Shown piece after piece: positions 54,860 through 64,000 of a stretch of 64,000 nucleotides of DNA; within the stretch, counting starts at the first letter, position 1, and each line of letters starts with the position of its first letter. The notes below the pieces were generated by a model. It searched no databases. It was not told the origin of the DNA and saw only the letters and a list, made by a program, of their open reading frames with translations. The translations under genes and the position numbers were made by a program. This stretch comes from Candidatus Woesearchaeota archaeon (GTDB taxonomy: Archaea; Nanobdellota; Nanobdellia; Woesearchaeales; GW2011-AR4). Location: positions 3,863-67,862 of the forward strand of contig JACPMX010000010.1 in assembly GCA_016185755.1 (NCBI GenBank). The letters run 5' to 3'.

Positions 54860-56514
54860 CTCTGCTCCATCACTTCAAACAGTTCTGTCAAATTCAATTC
54901 CAAAGCAGCAACCGGCATCTCAAGTCCCCAATTCGAAAGAACTTGAGGGTTAATTTCCCCAAGATAAGCGAATTTCTTGCCTTTCACAATAGCCCTTCCA
55001 ACCCTTCCTTCGATGAATGAATTATGCTCCGCTTCTTCAATGTCATAGCTTAACCCAAAGCACCTCATTATGTAGTCAAGCGCCTGTCTCATGTCCGTGT
55101 AGTTTACATCTTCATGGGAAGAGGCAATTGCAATCCTGTGGCTCTCAAAAATCTCATCACCTTTCCTTGAATTTACCAAGCCCTGCTCAAAGATTTTTTG
55201 AGGAAATTCAACGTGCTTGTTCTTGGAGAAGACCTCCATTAAGTTTGGCAAAAGCCAGCTCCTCACAACAGAGTAAGTCTCTGACATGTAGTCATCTATC
55301 TCAATAGTGCCAAAATCCTCAATGTTCATCTTCCTGTAGAGTATTTCCTTGTTTGTCAATATCGCGCTCAATACTTCCTGATAGCCCAGGCCAACAACAA
55401 TCTCCCTTATCTTGTCAATGAATTCATTCAATTTGAAAGTCGAGCCGTGCGTGAATGTTGTCAGTGGAAGTTCCTTTATCTTGTCAAAGCCATAGGCTAT
55501 CCCAATGTCCTCGATGACATCATAAGGGTGCAAAATGTCATTCCTGTAAGCCGGGATTTTCACTTTCCAGTCGCTGAAGTCATATTGCGCCTTTTCAAGC
55601 AGATGCTTTATTTCACTTTCCTTCAGCTCCAATCCAAAAAGATTCTTTATCTGCTCGCTTTTGATTTGGATGGACTCACTTTTTAAATTTGGCATCGTGA
55701 TTTTCTTGTCAGGGTATTTTGCCTCAACGGAATAAATCTGGAAGCCCCTGTCATGAAGCGCATAGGCAAATATGCTTGCAGCAAGGTTGACAGCTTCCTC
55801 GTCAATTCCAGTCGCCTCAAAAAACAGGTCTTCATCCCCAATCTCAAGCTTCCCTGTAAAATTAGAGTTTATAATCGGGACAAAGCTCATCACCTCGTTT
55901 TTGTCGTCTATCAGCACAGGATATTTCTCAAAGCCCTCAAGCACCCATGCATAGTCCTTCCCTTTCGGATGCTCAGCCAGGATTTCTTTCAAATTCATCT
56001 TTGCCTTGAATTCCAAAGGCACGAATTCTATTGACAAAGGATCAACAGCCTTGTAATGCACCGGAAATTTCAGCCTTCTGTAAGAATACAGTCCAATTGA
56101 AACCTTCTGCCTTCTCCTCCCATAGCTCTCGCAGAATTTTTCCTGCAATTGCACCATCTGCTTTATCAGGTAATCATCCATCTTTTTTCCTTTTGCAGCG
56201 AAGCATGCAATATATGGCCTGTAATTCATCACAGACTTGTCAACTATCACTTGATAATCTCCTTTGTTCACTTTTATTTCCGGAATGCCTTTCTGCAGGC
56301 CGAGAATTCCCCTGAGCAGGCGTGCAAATCCCTCAGCGCTCCACAAATAAGGAAGGTTCGTGTCCCCAAAATCAATCTTGGCTTCATCAGTCTCTTCATC
56401 ATAGCCTTCAAAGTCACCCTTGCCGCAGTGCGCAAGCTCATGAAGCTCCTCAACTGTTATTTTCCTACCTGTCAAATGCTGCAGGTCCCTCAATGAAAAA
56501 GCTATTGTCGGCAT
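54856..56514 (-). CDS. pheT: Phenylalanine-tRNA ligase beta subunit
   Basis: QLQEK..YGRRR, PIINS, PAYRNDILHPYDVIEDIGIAYG. Confidence 0.98.
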   Translation of the reverse strand: MPTIAFSLRDLQHLTGRKITVEELHELAHCGKGDFEGYDEETDEAKIDFGDTNLPYLWSAEGFARLLRGILGLQKGIPEIKVNKGDYQVIVDKSVMNYRPYIACFAAKGKKMDDYLIKQMVQLQEKFCESYGRRRQKVSIGLYSYRRLKFPVHYKAVDPLSIEFVPLEFKAKMNLKEILAEHPKGKDYAWVLEGFEKYPVLIDDKNEVMSFVPIINSNFTGKLEIGDEDLFFEATGIDEEAVNLAASIFAYALHDRGFQIYSVEAKYPDKKITMPNLKSESIQIKSEQIKNLFGLELKESEIKHLLEKAQYDFSDWKVKIPAYRNDILHPYDVIEDIGIAYGFDKIKELPLTTFTHGSTFKLNEFIDKIREIVVGLGYQEVLSAILTNKEILYRKMNIEDFGTIEIDDYMSETYSVVRSWLLPNLMEVFSKNKHVEFPQKIFEQGLVNSRKGDEIFESHRIAIASSHEDVNYTDMRQALDYIMRCFGLSYDIEEAEHNSFIEGRVGRAIVKGKKFAYLGEINPQVLSNWGLEMPVAALELNLTELFEVMEQR

Positions 56515-56515
56515 T

Positions 56516-56701
56516 TTATTTTATCAGGCTTTTCCTGAATTTTTCAATCTCGTTAATCTCTATTTCCGGAAATAATCCGCTATAATCGCATTTCCTGCAT
56601 TTCTCCGGTGTCGGCATAAGCATATCAACAAAATTTGTCCTAACAGGCAAGTCTATGCTTCCGCATTTCGGGCAGATTTTTGTGTATTGTGCATCAGCCA
56701 T
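56516..56701 (-). CDS. Small Zn-ribbon protein between pheS and pheT
   Basis: CPKCGS...CRKCDY; gaps of 0 and 1 nt to neighbours. Confidence 0.75.
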   Translation of the reverse strand: MADAQYTKICPKCGSIDLPVRTNFVDMLMPTPEKCRKCDYSGLFPEIEINEIEKFRKSLIK

Positions 56702-58219
56702 TCAAACCACTTTTGCGTTTCTCAAAAACCCAAGGTCATGCGAAAATAATTGCCTTATATCCTTGATTCCTAGCTTGAACATCGCAATCCTGTCTATCCC
56801 GATGCCCCAGGCCAAAACAGGAACTTCCCTTCCGAGCAGCGGCTTCACGACTTCCGGGCGGAAAATTCCCGAGCCGCCAAGCTCAATCCACCCAAGCTCG
56901 GGATGCTTTGCATGCAATTCTGCGCTCGGCTCCGTGAATGGAAAATACCCCGGAGTTATCTTAATCTGGTCGGTTTCTGCAAATTCCTCAGCAAACATTT
57001 TCAGCACACTTTTAAGGTGCCTGAAGTTTAACCCCTCTTCTATAATAATTCCCTCTGTCTGGTTGAATTCAGGGAAATGAGTTGCATCAACAACGTCATA
57101 CCTGAAGCACCTTGAAATCGCAAAATATTTTCCCGGGATCTCAAGCCCTTTTGATGCAAGCATCCTTGCGGAAGAGGCTGTTCCCTGCGTCCTCAGCATG
57201 TGCCTGTGGGTCCTTTTTGCATCAAAATCATAGCGCCAGCCCCTTGATCCTGTATCAATCCCATTTTCATGAGCTTCCTTCACTTTCTTCACAAGAGCCT
57301 CATCCAGCTTTCCGTATTTCGGCTCCTTTATGTAATAAGCCTGGTGGATGTCCCTTGCAGAATGGAACTGCGGCATGAACAATACATCCATGTCCCAGAA
57401 ATCAGTCTCTACTATAGGGCCCGTCATCTCCTTAAAGCCAAGCGCTATAAATTTCTGCCTGACTTCATCAAGAAATCTTCTGTAATGCTGTTTTCTGCCA
57501 CCAAAAATCGAGGGGACGTTGATCTTGACGTCAAACCTCCTGAATTTCTTGCCCTTCCAAGCGCTTGTCTTTATCAATGAGGGGCTTAATTTCTCAATCA
57601 AATCATCTTCAATCTTTTCCTTCAGCAGCTTTTTTCCTGTTTCTGTCAGCTCTGCGCTTATTATTTTGGACATCTCAACTTTTATAATTCTCTTTCTTTT
57701 CCTTAGATTGTCAAGAACAAACCTTTCCTCTTCATTCAAAGAAAGCAATTCCTTCGGAAAGCTCTCTTTCAGAAACTGTTCTTCAGGAAACCCATGCTTC
57801 ATCAAGTGCTTTCCGTCATCTGTTATGGTGGCAGCAAGCTCCTTTCCCTTTTCTATCTCAATTGCAGCTTTTGACTTCAGTGCGCCAATGGAGATTGCCA
57901 TTTCCTCATTGCTCAGGCCTGTTTTTTTTGCAATCTCAGGAATTGTTGTTTTCTTGTCGATTGCTTCAAGGAATTTCCTTTCAGGAAGGCCTTCTTTTAG
58001 GTATCTCCTCCCGTTATCGTCCAGCACCACTAATTCTTTCTGCTGCTCCTTCAATTTCACAACATTCTTGTTCTGCAGCCACTGCAATGCCCTTGAGACC
58101 TCGACATCCTTCAATCCTGTCACTTTCATGATGTCATGGAAAGAGCTGAAATTATCAAGAACCCTCAAAACTTTCCTTTCAACAGGATTTAAGCTTTCTG
58201 CTAATTTTTTAGTGTCCAT
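56702..58219 (-). CDS. pheS: Phenylalanine-tRNA ligase alpha subunit
   Basis: PQFHSARD, DATHFPEF, YFPFTEPS, GIFRPE, AWGIGIDR. Confidence 0.98.
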   Translation of the reverse strand: MDTKKLAESLNPVERKVLRVLDNFSSFHDIMKVTGLKDVEVSRALQWLQNKNVVKLKEQQKELVVLDDNGRRYLKEGLPERKFLEAIDKKTTIPEIAKKTGLSNEEMAISIGALKSKAAIEIEKGKELAATITDDGKHLMKHGFPEEQFLKESFPKELLSLNEEERFVLDNLRKRKRIIKVEMSKIISAELTETGKKLLKEKIEDDLIEKLSPSLIKTSAWKGKKFRRFDVKINVPSIFGGRKQHYRRFLDEVRQKFIALGFKEMTGPIVETDFWDMDVLFMPQFHSARDIHQAYYIKEPKYGKLDEALVKKVKEAHENGIDTGSRGWRYDFDAKRTHRHMLRTQGTASSARMLASKGLEIPGKYFAISRCFRYDVVDATHFPEFNQTEGIIIEEGLNFRHLKSVLKMFAEEFAETDQIKITPGYFPFTEPSAELHAKHPELGWIELGGSGIFRPEVVKPLLGREVPVLAWGIGIDRIAMFKLGIKDIRQLFSHDLGFLRNAKVV

Positions 58220-58246
58220 ACCAAAGCAAAAACATAAAAATAGCCT

Positions 58247-58759
58247 TTAATGAAGTTCCATCTGCACATAGTGCGCTATAAGGTCGCACACTTCTTCCGG
58301 CGATAAGCCTGATGTGTCAATTGTGTAGTCAGAGGCTCTTTTGTATTTGTCCTGGCACTCGTCAAGAATGCCCTTCATCTTGTCTATGTAATTCTTCTTC
58401 ATGAAATCAGCCTTTTCCTGGCCCTTCCTTATCCTCATCTCTATGACCTTTGGGTCGCACGTCAAAAACACAATCAGCCCGTTCCTTTTGAGGTTTATGA
58501 TGTTCTCGTTTCTTAGCACAGCCACGCTGCCGGTGTCAAATATGCACTCGTCAAGGCTGCTCAGTTCATCTATGACATCAGACTCTATCTCAAGCGCCTT
58601 GTCCCAGCCGTATCTCTTGACGAGCCTGTCAACGCTTAATTTTGTCTTTTTTGCTATTTCTTCGTCAGTGGAAACAAGCTTTTTCCCAAGCGTCCTTGCA
58701 AGCAGCCTTGAAACGGCAGTTTTGCCCGTCCCCCCGAACCCCATCAATGAAATGTTCAT
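58247..58759 (-). CDS. aroK: Bacterial-type shikimate kinase-like P-loop kinase
   Basis: LMGFGGTGKT P-loop, STDEEI, GW..E; substrate-binding motifs appear degenerate. Confidence 0.72.
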   Translation of the reverse strand: MNISLMGFGGTGKTAVSRLLARTLGKKLVSTDEEIAKKTKLSVDRLVKRYGWDKALEIESDVIDELSSLDECIFDTGSVAVLRNENIINLKRNGLIVFLTCDPKVIEMRIRKGQEKADFMKKNYIDKMKGILDECQDKYKRASDYTIDTSGLSPEEVCDLIAHYVQMELH

Positions 58760-58854
58760 TTTGCCTGTTTTATATTATACATTATTTATTCTTTTTGTTT
58801 TTTGTAGTTTTATCATGCGAAGACAATGAGATTAGCAGTTTTTAAGGAAGCTAA

Positions 58855-58950
58855 TCAGTGCTTAAAGAAGAAAAAAATGTATGTGAAGCTCGAGAACAGC
58901 CTGTAGAATGCAAACCCAATCCTTGCCATCGCGTTTTCGATCTTTTTCAT
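58855..58950 (-). CDS. 31-aa Phe-rich small ORF, candidate leader peptide
   Basis: Manual translation MKKIENAMARIGFAFYRLFSSFTYIFFFFKH*; TTTAAATA 22 nt upstream. Confidence 0.5.
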   Translation of the reverse strand: MKKIENAMARIGFAFYRLFSSFTYIFFFFKH

Positions 58951-59025
58951 TTTGATTGGTAAGTCGAAGTGATATTTAAATGTTGCGGGAAAAGGCATAT
59001 AATGTAAATATAGAAATTAATATAA

Positions 59026-60162
59026 CTACTTTAAGTGTATCTCAACAATATCCCTGTCTTCCAGGGCATGCTCGAGCCTTCTTATAGGCATTCCCGGGAA
59101 TCTCGACGATTTCCCCCATATTCTTGCAAACCTGAATTTTGATATGAAGTCCTTGTGCAGCTTCATGCACACCTCTTTCATTGTATTCCCTTTTCTCATT
59201 ATCAAAGGAACGTCCATATCGGCCTTTTTCCCTATTTCCTTGCAGTAAACCCTGATGAACTCAAGCTTCTTGAAGATTAAATCTTTAAGCTCGTTTGTGT
59301 TTACTTTGTTCTCTGCCGAGATGCAGATGTCAGGCTCTACAATGGACTTTATCCTTTCCAGCTCTTCCTTGTCGACCATGTCTATCTTGTTCAGCACAGT
59401 TATCCCGGGCACGTATTTCTTGTTGCCCTCAATCACATCAATCAGCTGGTCATCGGTTATGTCTTCCCTCACCACAACGCTTGAATTCTCAAGCCTGAAC
59501 TCTTTCAAGATGTTTTTTATGGTTTCCTCTGTTATCTTTGTCAGCTTGACAGTCAAGCCAAGATCAATTCCACCTCTCAGTTTTTTTGCAATCTTCACTT
59601 GCGGCGGCTTCTGGTTTATCCTTAACCCTGTTTCATAGATTTCTTTTTTTACAACCTCAAGATGCTGCGGGTTGAAAGCATCAAGCAAAATAATGACTAA
59701 ATCAGCGCTCTGCGCGCACGCTAAAACTTCTTTCCCCCTTCCCCTTCCTGTCGCAGCTCCCTCCACGATTCCCGGCACATCCAATACCTGTATCTGTGCA
59801 TGGTTATATTCCAGCAATCCCGGGATGCAAGTCAAAGTGGTGAATGCGTAAGCTCCAACCGGAGAGTTTGCGTTTGTTATCGCATTTAACAAAGTTGATT
59901 TCCCAACGCTTGGAAAGCCAACCATTATGACAGTCGCATCCCCCGTCCTTCTTACAGAAAATCCTTCCTGCTTCCCCTTTGAAGAGGCCTTTCTTTGGTA
60001 TTCCTCCTTTAATTTCGCTAATTTTGCCTTTACCAAGCCAATATGAGCCTGTGTCTTCTTGTTGTACTTTGTAGTTGAGAGCTCTTCCTCTAATTCCTTT
60101 ACCTTCCTGTCATATGCAGACTCGTGGGATTTAGCATCCTTTATGTTATACTGCTGCGCCAT
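59026..60162 (-). CDS. drg: DRG/OBG-family GTPase with TGS domain
   Basis: GFPSVGKST, YAFTTL, DVPG, NKID, C-terminal TGS. Confidence 0.95.
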   Translation of the reverse strand: MAQQYNIKDAKSHESAYDRKVKELEEELSTTKYNKKTQAHIGLVKAKLAKLKEEYQRKASSKGKQEGFSVRRTGDATVIMVGFPSVGKSTLLNAITNANSPVGAYAFTTLTCIPGLLEYNHAQIQVLDVPGIVEGAATGRGRGKEVLACAQSADLVIILLDAFNPQHLEVVKKEIYETGLRINQKPPQVKIAKKLRGGIDLGLTVKLTKITEETIKNILKEFRLENSSVVVREDITDDQLIDVIEGNKKYVPGITVLNKIDMVDKEELERIKSIVEPDICISAENKVNTNELKDLIFKKLEFIRVYCKEIGKKADMDVPLIMRKGNTMKEVCMKLHKDFISKFRFARIWGKSSRFPGMPIRRLEHALEDRDIVEIHLK

Positions 60163-60238
60163 ACGGTAAAGATTAAGAAAAGGTTATAAAAAGGTTTGTT
60201 TGGAAAAGATATTTAAACAAATAAACAATCAAATCAAT

Positions 60239-60898
60239 ATGTTAGAAGGAATTGAAGCATTGTCAAAAGATGTGTTATATATAATTATTTTTTTAGTTCC
60301 AGGTTATATAGGATTTCAAACAACATTAATGATTTTTTCAGTATTATTCAAACCATTTAAATATCGTTCAAAGAAGATATCTACTTTAGATAAGGCAATA
60401 ATTTCTATTTTATGGAGTGCATTAACTTTTGCAATAATGTTCAATGTTTGGGAAATTGAACAACTTTTTAGTTCAGTAAACATTAAAAACATGGCCCTAA
60501 TGGTAGTCATATCAGTAGGAATCGCAGAATTTATTTCTATAGGTTTCTGGATTTTGTTTTTAGTCATCTTTGGATTTAATACCATATTGGACTTCATAAC
60601 TTATAGTGATAAAACCTTGCCTTTTATCTCGCTTCCAAGGCTAAAACTAATATGGTCTAAGCATTATCAGAATCTTCAAAAAATCCTTTCTGATGATAAC
60701 TATTATGAACTATACTCATCTGCAGCAAACAAAAAAATTATTTCTTTACATCTTATAAATGGGAAAACTTTAAAAGGTATAGTTATAAAAGAAAAGGTCA
60801 TAGATATAACTCAGTTTAAATTTGATGTAGGCAATGAAATATTCATCATCAGTTTAGAAGATGTATACAATATCTCCATCCCTAAAAATCCTCAGTAG
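60239..60898 (+). CDS. AT-rich hypothetical membrane protein
   Basis: IIIFLVPGYIGF plus further TM helices; C-terminal LHLINGKTLKG resembles an Sm-like barrel; start uncertain. Confidence 0.6.
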   Translation: MLEGIEALSKDVLYIIIFLVPGYIGFQTTLMIFSVLFKPFKYRSKKISTLDKAIISILWSALTFAIMFNVWEIEQLFSSVNIKNMALMVVISVGIAEFISIGFWILFLVIFGFNTILDFITYSDKTLPFISLPRLKLIWSKHYQNLQKILSDDNYYELYSSAANKKIISLHLINGKTLKGIVIKEKVIDITQFKFDVGNEIFIISLEDVYNISIPKNPQ

Positions 60899-60902
60899 TT
60901 TT

Positions 60903-61553
60903 TCATTTCCTCTTCGGAACTTTCTCCCAATCCTCTAAGAACTTTTTAATCCCAACATCAGTCAATGAGTGCTTGAACAGCTGCTCGAAAACAGAATAAG
61001 GCACTGTTGCTATGTCTGCTCCTATTTTGGCGGCGTCAAGAACATGGATTGGATTCCTCACAGAGGCAACAAGTATCTGTGTAGTAAACTTGTAATTGTC
61101 ATAAATCAGCTTTATATCTTTTACCAGCTCCATCCCCGGCTGGCTGATATCATCCAATCTGCCGACAAAAGGGCTTACGATAAAAGCCCCTGATTTTGCT
61201 GCTAACAAAGCCTGGTTTGCGGAAAAAACTAAAGTGACATTGACCCTTATTCCCTTTTTTGTTAGCCTTTGGCAGGCTTTCATGCCCTCAACAGTCATCG
61301 GAACCTTGACAACAATGTTCTTTGCAATCTTTGAAAATGCAATCCCTTCTTTAACCATTCCGTCAGCATCAAGGGAAACGGTCTCTGCGCTTACAGGACC
61401 TTTGACAATTGAGCAGATTTCTTTTAAAGTTTCGTTATAATCACGGCCTGCTTTCATGATCAAGGATGGATTTGTAGTAACTCCATCGCAATTGCCAGTT
61501 TCAGCGGCCCGCTTTATCTCAGAAACATCTGCAGAGTCGATAAAGATTTGCAT
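60903..61553 (-). CDS. tal: Transaldolase (TalC/FSA family)
   Basis: [35 protein letters not shown]. Confidence 0.96.
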   Translation of the reverse strand: MQIFIDSADVSEIKRAAETGNCDGVTTNPSLIMKAGRDYNETLKEICSIVKGPVSAETVSLDADGMVKEGIAFSKIAKNIVVKVPMTVEGMKACQRLTKKGIRVNVTLVFSANQALLAAKSGAFIVSPFVGRLDDISQPGMELVKDIKLIYDNYKFTTQILVASVRNPIHVLDAAKIGADIATVPYSVFEQLFKHSLTDVGIKKFLEDWEKVPKRK

Positions 61554-61590
61554 TCTAATGAGTAAGCCGTTATTATTTTAAAACCTTTCC

Positions 61591-62019
61591 CTATATGCTG
61601 ACCAGAACAGAGCCAATCACAATCAGCACAGCCCCTGAAATTATCCTAAAAACCTGGGAAACATCCGGGATTTCCTTCAAAAATATTATTCCAAGAAGTA
61701 CGGCAAGTATGGTGTTTGTATTATAGATTGGAGCAAGCTGAGATACATTTCCTCCTTTTGATATGGCAATAGCAATTGCCAAAAATCCAAGCCCCCAAAC
61801 AACTCCTGCAATCATGGCTAAACTGCCTGATTTCCATTCAAAGCTGAAACTTGGTTTGAAAACAAACAATATGCTGAACAATAAGACTATTCCAAGCCCG
61901 AACACGAAGCTGCCATAGTAAGGCGAGAAATTTCCTTTCTGCGCAGCAACCTTATAGACGATAGTATTAATCGCAAAAAACACCGATGCAGCAATCCCGT
62001 ATAAAATCCAGTTCTGCAT
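61591..62019 (-). CDS. EamA/DMT-family single-domain transporter
   Basis: Five TM helices; VSQLAPI..LLGIIFLKE. Confidence 0.88.
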   Translation of the reverse strand: MQNWILYGIAASVFFAINTIVYKVAAQKGNFSPYYGSFVFGLGIVLLFSILFVFKPSFSFEWKSGSLAMIAGVVWGLGFLAIAIAISKGGNVSQLAPIYNTNTILAVLLGIIFLKEIPDVSQVFRIISGAVLIVIGSVLVSI

Positions 62020-62020
62020 T

Positions 62021-62953
62021 TTATCTTTTCTTTACAAATCGAATAACTTCTTCAGCAATCGATTCAGCATCTAGCCCATACTTCTTGTACAATTCATCCG
62101 GCTTGCCGGATTCTGCATATTTGTCCTGCAGCCCGATCCTTTTCATTCTGCATGGGAAGTTTTCGCTCAAGACCTCTGCAACAGCCGATCCAAGGCCACC
62201 AATAACGTTATGGTCTTCTGCCGTTACAACGCAATTAGTTTTTTTGGCCAGCTCTATAACGAGATTATTGTCAAGCGGCTTTATTGTATGGATGTTGACA
62301 ACATAAACTTTTATTCCTTCTTTTTCAAGTATCTCAGCTGCTTTCAAAGCCTCGTGAACTAAAGTGCCTGTAGCGAAAATTACAGCATCCTTCCCCTGTT
62401 TCAGAACTTCTCCTTTTCCAATCTCAAACTTATAGTCTGCTTTATGGATAACAGGCACAGGATTCCTGTGCATCCTCATGTAAGAAGGTCCCTTGTAATC
62501 AGCCAATGCAAAAACCATTTTTTCAGCCTCGACTGAATCGCATGGCTGCAGCACAATCATGTTCGGCAAAGCCCTGTAAATGGCAATGTCCTCTATAGCC
62601 TGTGCAGATTTGCCGTCTTCCCCTGTAAAAATTCCCGCATGCGAGCCTGCTATTTTGACGTTCAGCTTATTCCTAGAAACAATATTTCTTATAAATTCGT
62701 AAGCCCTCTCGCTGAAGATGGCGAAGGTGCTTGCATACGCTATTTTGCCGGAAAATGCAAGCCCTGCAGCAGCCCCAATCAAGTCCTGCTCGGCAATCCC
62801 CATAGAGAAAAACCTGTCAGGGAACTGCTTTGCAAAGTACTCGCTCCTTGTGCTGTCGCTCAGGTCAGCGTCAAGAGCAACAACATTCTGGTTTTGCTTT
62901 CCCAGTTCGAGCAAAGCCTTTCCATAGCCGTCTCTCGTTGCAAGTTTTTCCAT
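62021..62953 (-). CDS. tkt: Transketolase, C-terminal subunit
   Basis: DADLSDST, GIAEQ, GEDGKSAQ, EDHNVIGGLG. Confidence 0.96.
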   Translation of the reverse strand: MEKLATRDGYGKALLELGKQNQNVVALDADLSDSTRSEYFAKQFPDRFFSMGIAEQDLIGAAAGLAFSGKIAYASTFAIFSERAYEFIRNIVSRNKLNVKIAGSHAGIFTGEDGKSAQAIEDIAIYRALPNMIVLQPCDSVEAEKMVFALADYKGPSYMRMHRNPVPVIHKADYKFEIGKGEVLKQGKDAVIFATGTLVHEALKAAEILEKEGIKVYVVNIHTIKPLDNNLVIELAKKTNCVVTAEDHNVIGGLGSAVAEVLSENFPCRMKRIGLQDKYAESGKPDELYKKYGLDAESIAEEVIRFVKKR

Positions 62954-63049
62954 TTTTTGATTTTTATTATAGGATTTTATTAATGAGTTTTTCGTTAATG
63001 TTCAACCGTTAATGAATTTTCTCGATTTATTTTTGTTTAAATCCGTTGC

Positions 63050-63892
63050 TTACCTAAACTTTTTAACATCTATCTTATCAATCTCCTCAATAGCTTTATT
63101 GTACTCTTCATCATTTGGAGTTTTGCCGTGGAATTTGTGGTTCAGCTCCATGAAAGAAACGCCTTTTCCCTTGATAGTATTTGATATGATTATTGTAGGC
63201 TTCTTGTTTTTCATTTTTGAAGCCTTGTCAAGCGCCTTTACAATCTGCGACATGTCATGGCCGTTTATGTCAATCACGTTCCATCCGAATGCCTTCCATT
63301 TAAGCCCGGCATTGCCGATGTCCATTACATCCTTTACCTTGCCAGTCTGCTGCACCTGGTTCTTGTCAAGAATTACAATAAGATTCTCAAGCTTATAGAA
63401 GGATGCAGCCATCGAGGCTTCCCAAACAGCGCCCTCTTGGGCTTCTCCGTCGCCTATCATTGCATACACGCTGCAGCTTTTCCTGTCAAGCCTGCATGCC
63501 AGCGCAATTCCGAGGGCAAAGCATATCCCCTGCCCAAGCGCCCCGCCGGCAAAATCTATTCCAGGAGTGCTTAATTCAGGATGTCCCTGAAGCATGCTGT
63601 TTATTTTCCTATAGCTTCCTAATTCAGATTTCGGAAAAAATCCCCTGTCAGCCAAAACAGCATATATTGCAGGGCTGCAATGCCCCTTGCTGAGCACAAA
63701 CCTGTCCCTGTCGCCCCAAAGAGGATTTTTAGGATCAACTTTTAACTTGTAATGATAAAGGCCAACCATCACATCTATTGCGCTTAAAGATCCGCCTGGA
63801 TGCCCGGACTGGGCATGGTAAACCATGGTAAGAATTTCTTTTCTAAGCTCCTTTGCCTTCTGCTTAAGCTCCAAGACAGCTTCTTTTGCCAT
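63050..63892 (-). CDS. tkt: Transketolase, N-terminal (TPP-binding) subunit
   Basis: SGHPGGSLS, DRFVLSKGH, LQGHP, GDGE..EGAVWEA, HGK. Confidence 0.97.
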   Translation of the reverse strand: MAKEAVLELKQKAKELRKEILTMVYHAQSGHPGGSLSAIDVMVGLYHYKLKVDPKNPLWGDRDRFVLSKGHCSPAIYAVLADRGFFPKSELGSYRKINSMLQGHPELSTPGIDFAGGALGQGICFALGIALACRLDRKSCSVYAMIGDGEAQEGAVWEASMAASFYKLENLIVILDKNQVQQTGKVKDVMDIGNAGLKWKAFGWNVIDINGHDMSQIVKALDKASKMKNKKPTIIISNTIKGKGVSFMELNHKFHGKTPNDEEYNKAIEEIDKIDVKKFR

Positions 63893-64000
63893 AGGCCTGT
63901 AGAATTACCATTATCTTTTATACTTTTGCATTAAAATAAAATCAAAAATAAAAGAATTATCTCTTGATTGCTTCTGCTGCCGGCTTCATGTTTTTCCATG

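Noticed and set aside
62975-63030. Imperfect TTAATGA(G/A)TTTT repeats between the transketolase subunit genes
   Set aside because: Short, AT-rich and not seen elsewhere; insufficient support for a regulatory site.
1-64000. CRISPR array, tRNA, rRNA, IS or integrase genes
   Set aside because: No regularly spaced repeats, cloverleaf or rRNA signatures, or transposase/integrase motifs were seen; intergenic gaps are all short.
63957-64000. Possible 3' end of a minus-strand gene (..WKNMKPAAEAIKR*)
   Set aside because: Only 13 codons are visible; no product can be assigned.

Overview
64-kb window from an archaeal chromosome. Gene content and style suggest DPANN, most likely Woesearchaeota-like (inference). 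Left to right: (i) a repair block with radA, a putative ssDNA-binding protein, a DUF4258/DUF2283 toxin-antitoxin pair and RPA; (ii) an ~18.7-kb minus-strand cluster of 21 surface-protein genes, 17 with class III (type IV prepilin-like) signal peptides, including a giant Cys-rich adhesin-like protein and a pilin-like protein carrying an M15 D-Ala-D-Ala-type metallopeptidase domain; (iii) information-processing genes rnp3, tbp, mcm, RPA2-like, aIF2-beta, PolD DP2/DP1 and cdc6, next to an ORB-flanked replication origin at ~37.1 kb; (iv) the L3-to-L14e ribosomal protein/secY superoperon; (v) pheST, an AroK-like kinase, a DRG GTPase and non-oxidative pentose phosphate genes. The best novelty candidates are the modular pilin-like system with a putative peptidoglycan hydrolase, a CACTGGACAT box exactly 11 bp upstream of the TATA box in three promoters (ssb-radA, TA, mcm), a Phe-rich 31-aa leader ORF upstream of aroK-pheS-pheT, an orphan ORB copy at tbp, and several structured intergenic RNAs. 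All family calls come from motif recognition by eye; no searches or folding programs were run.
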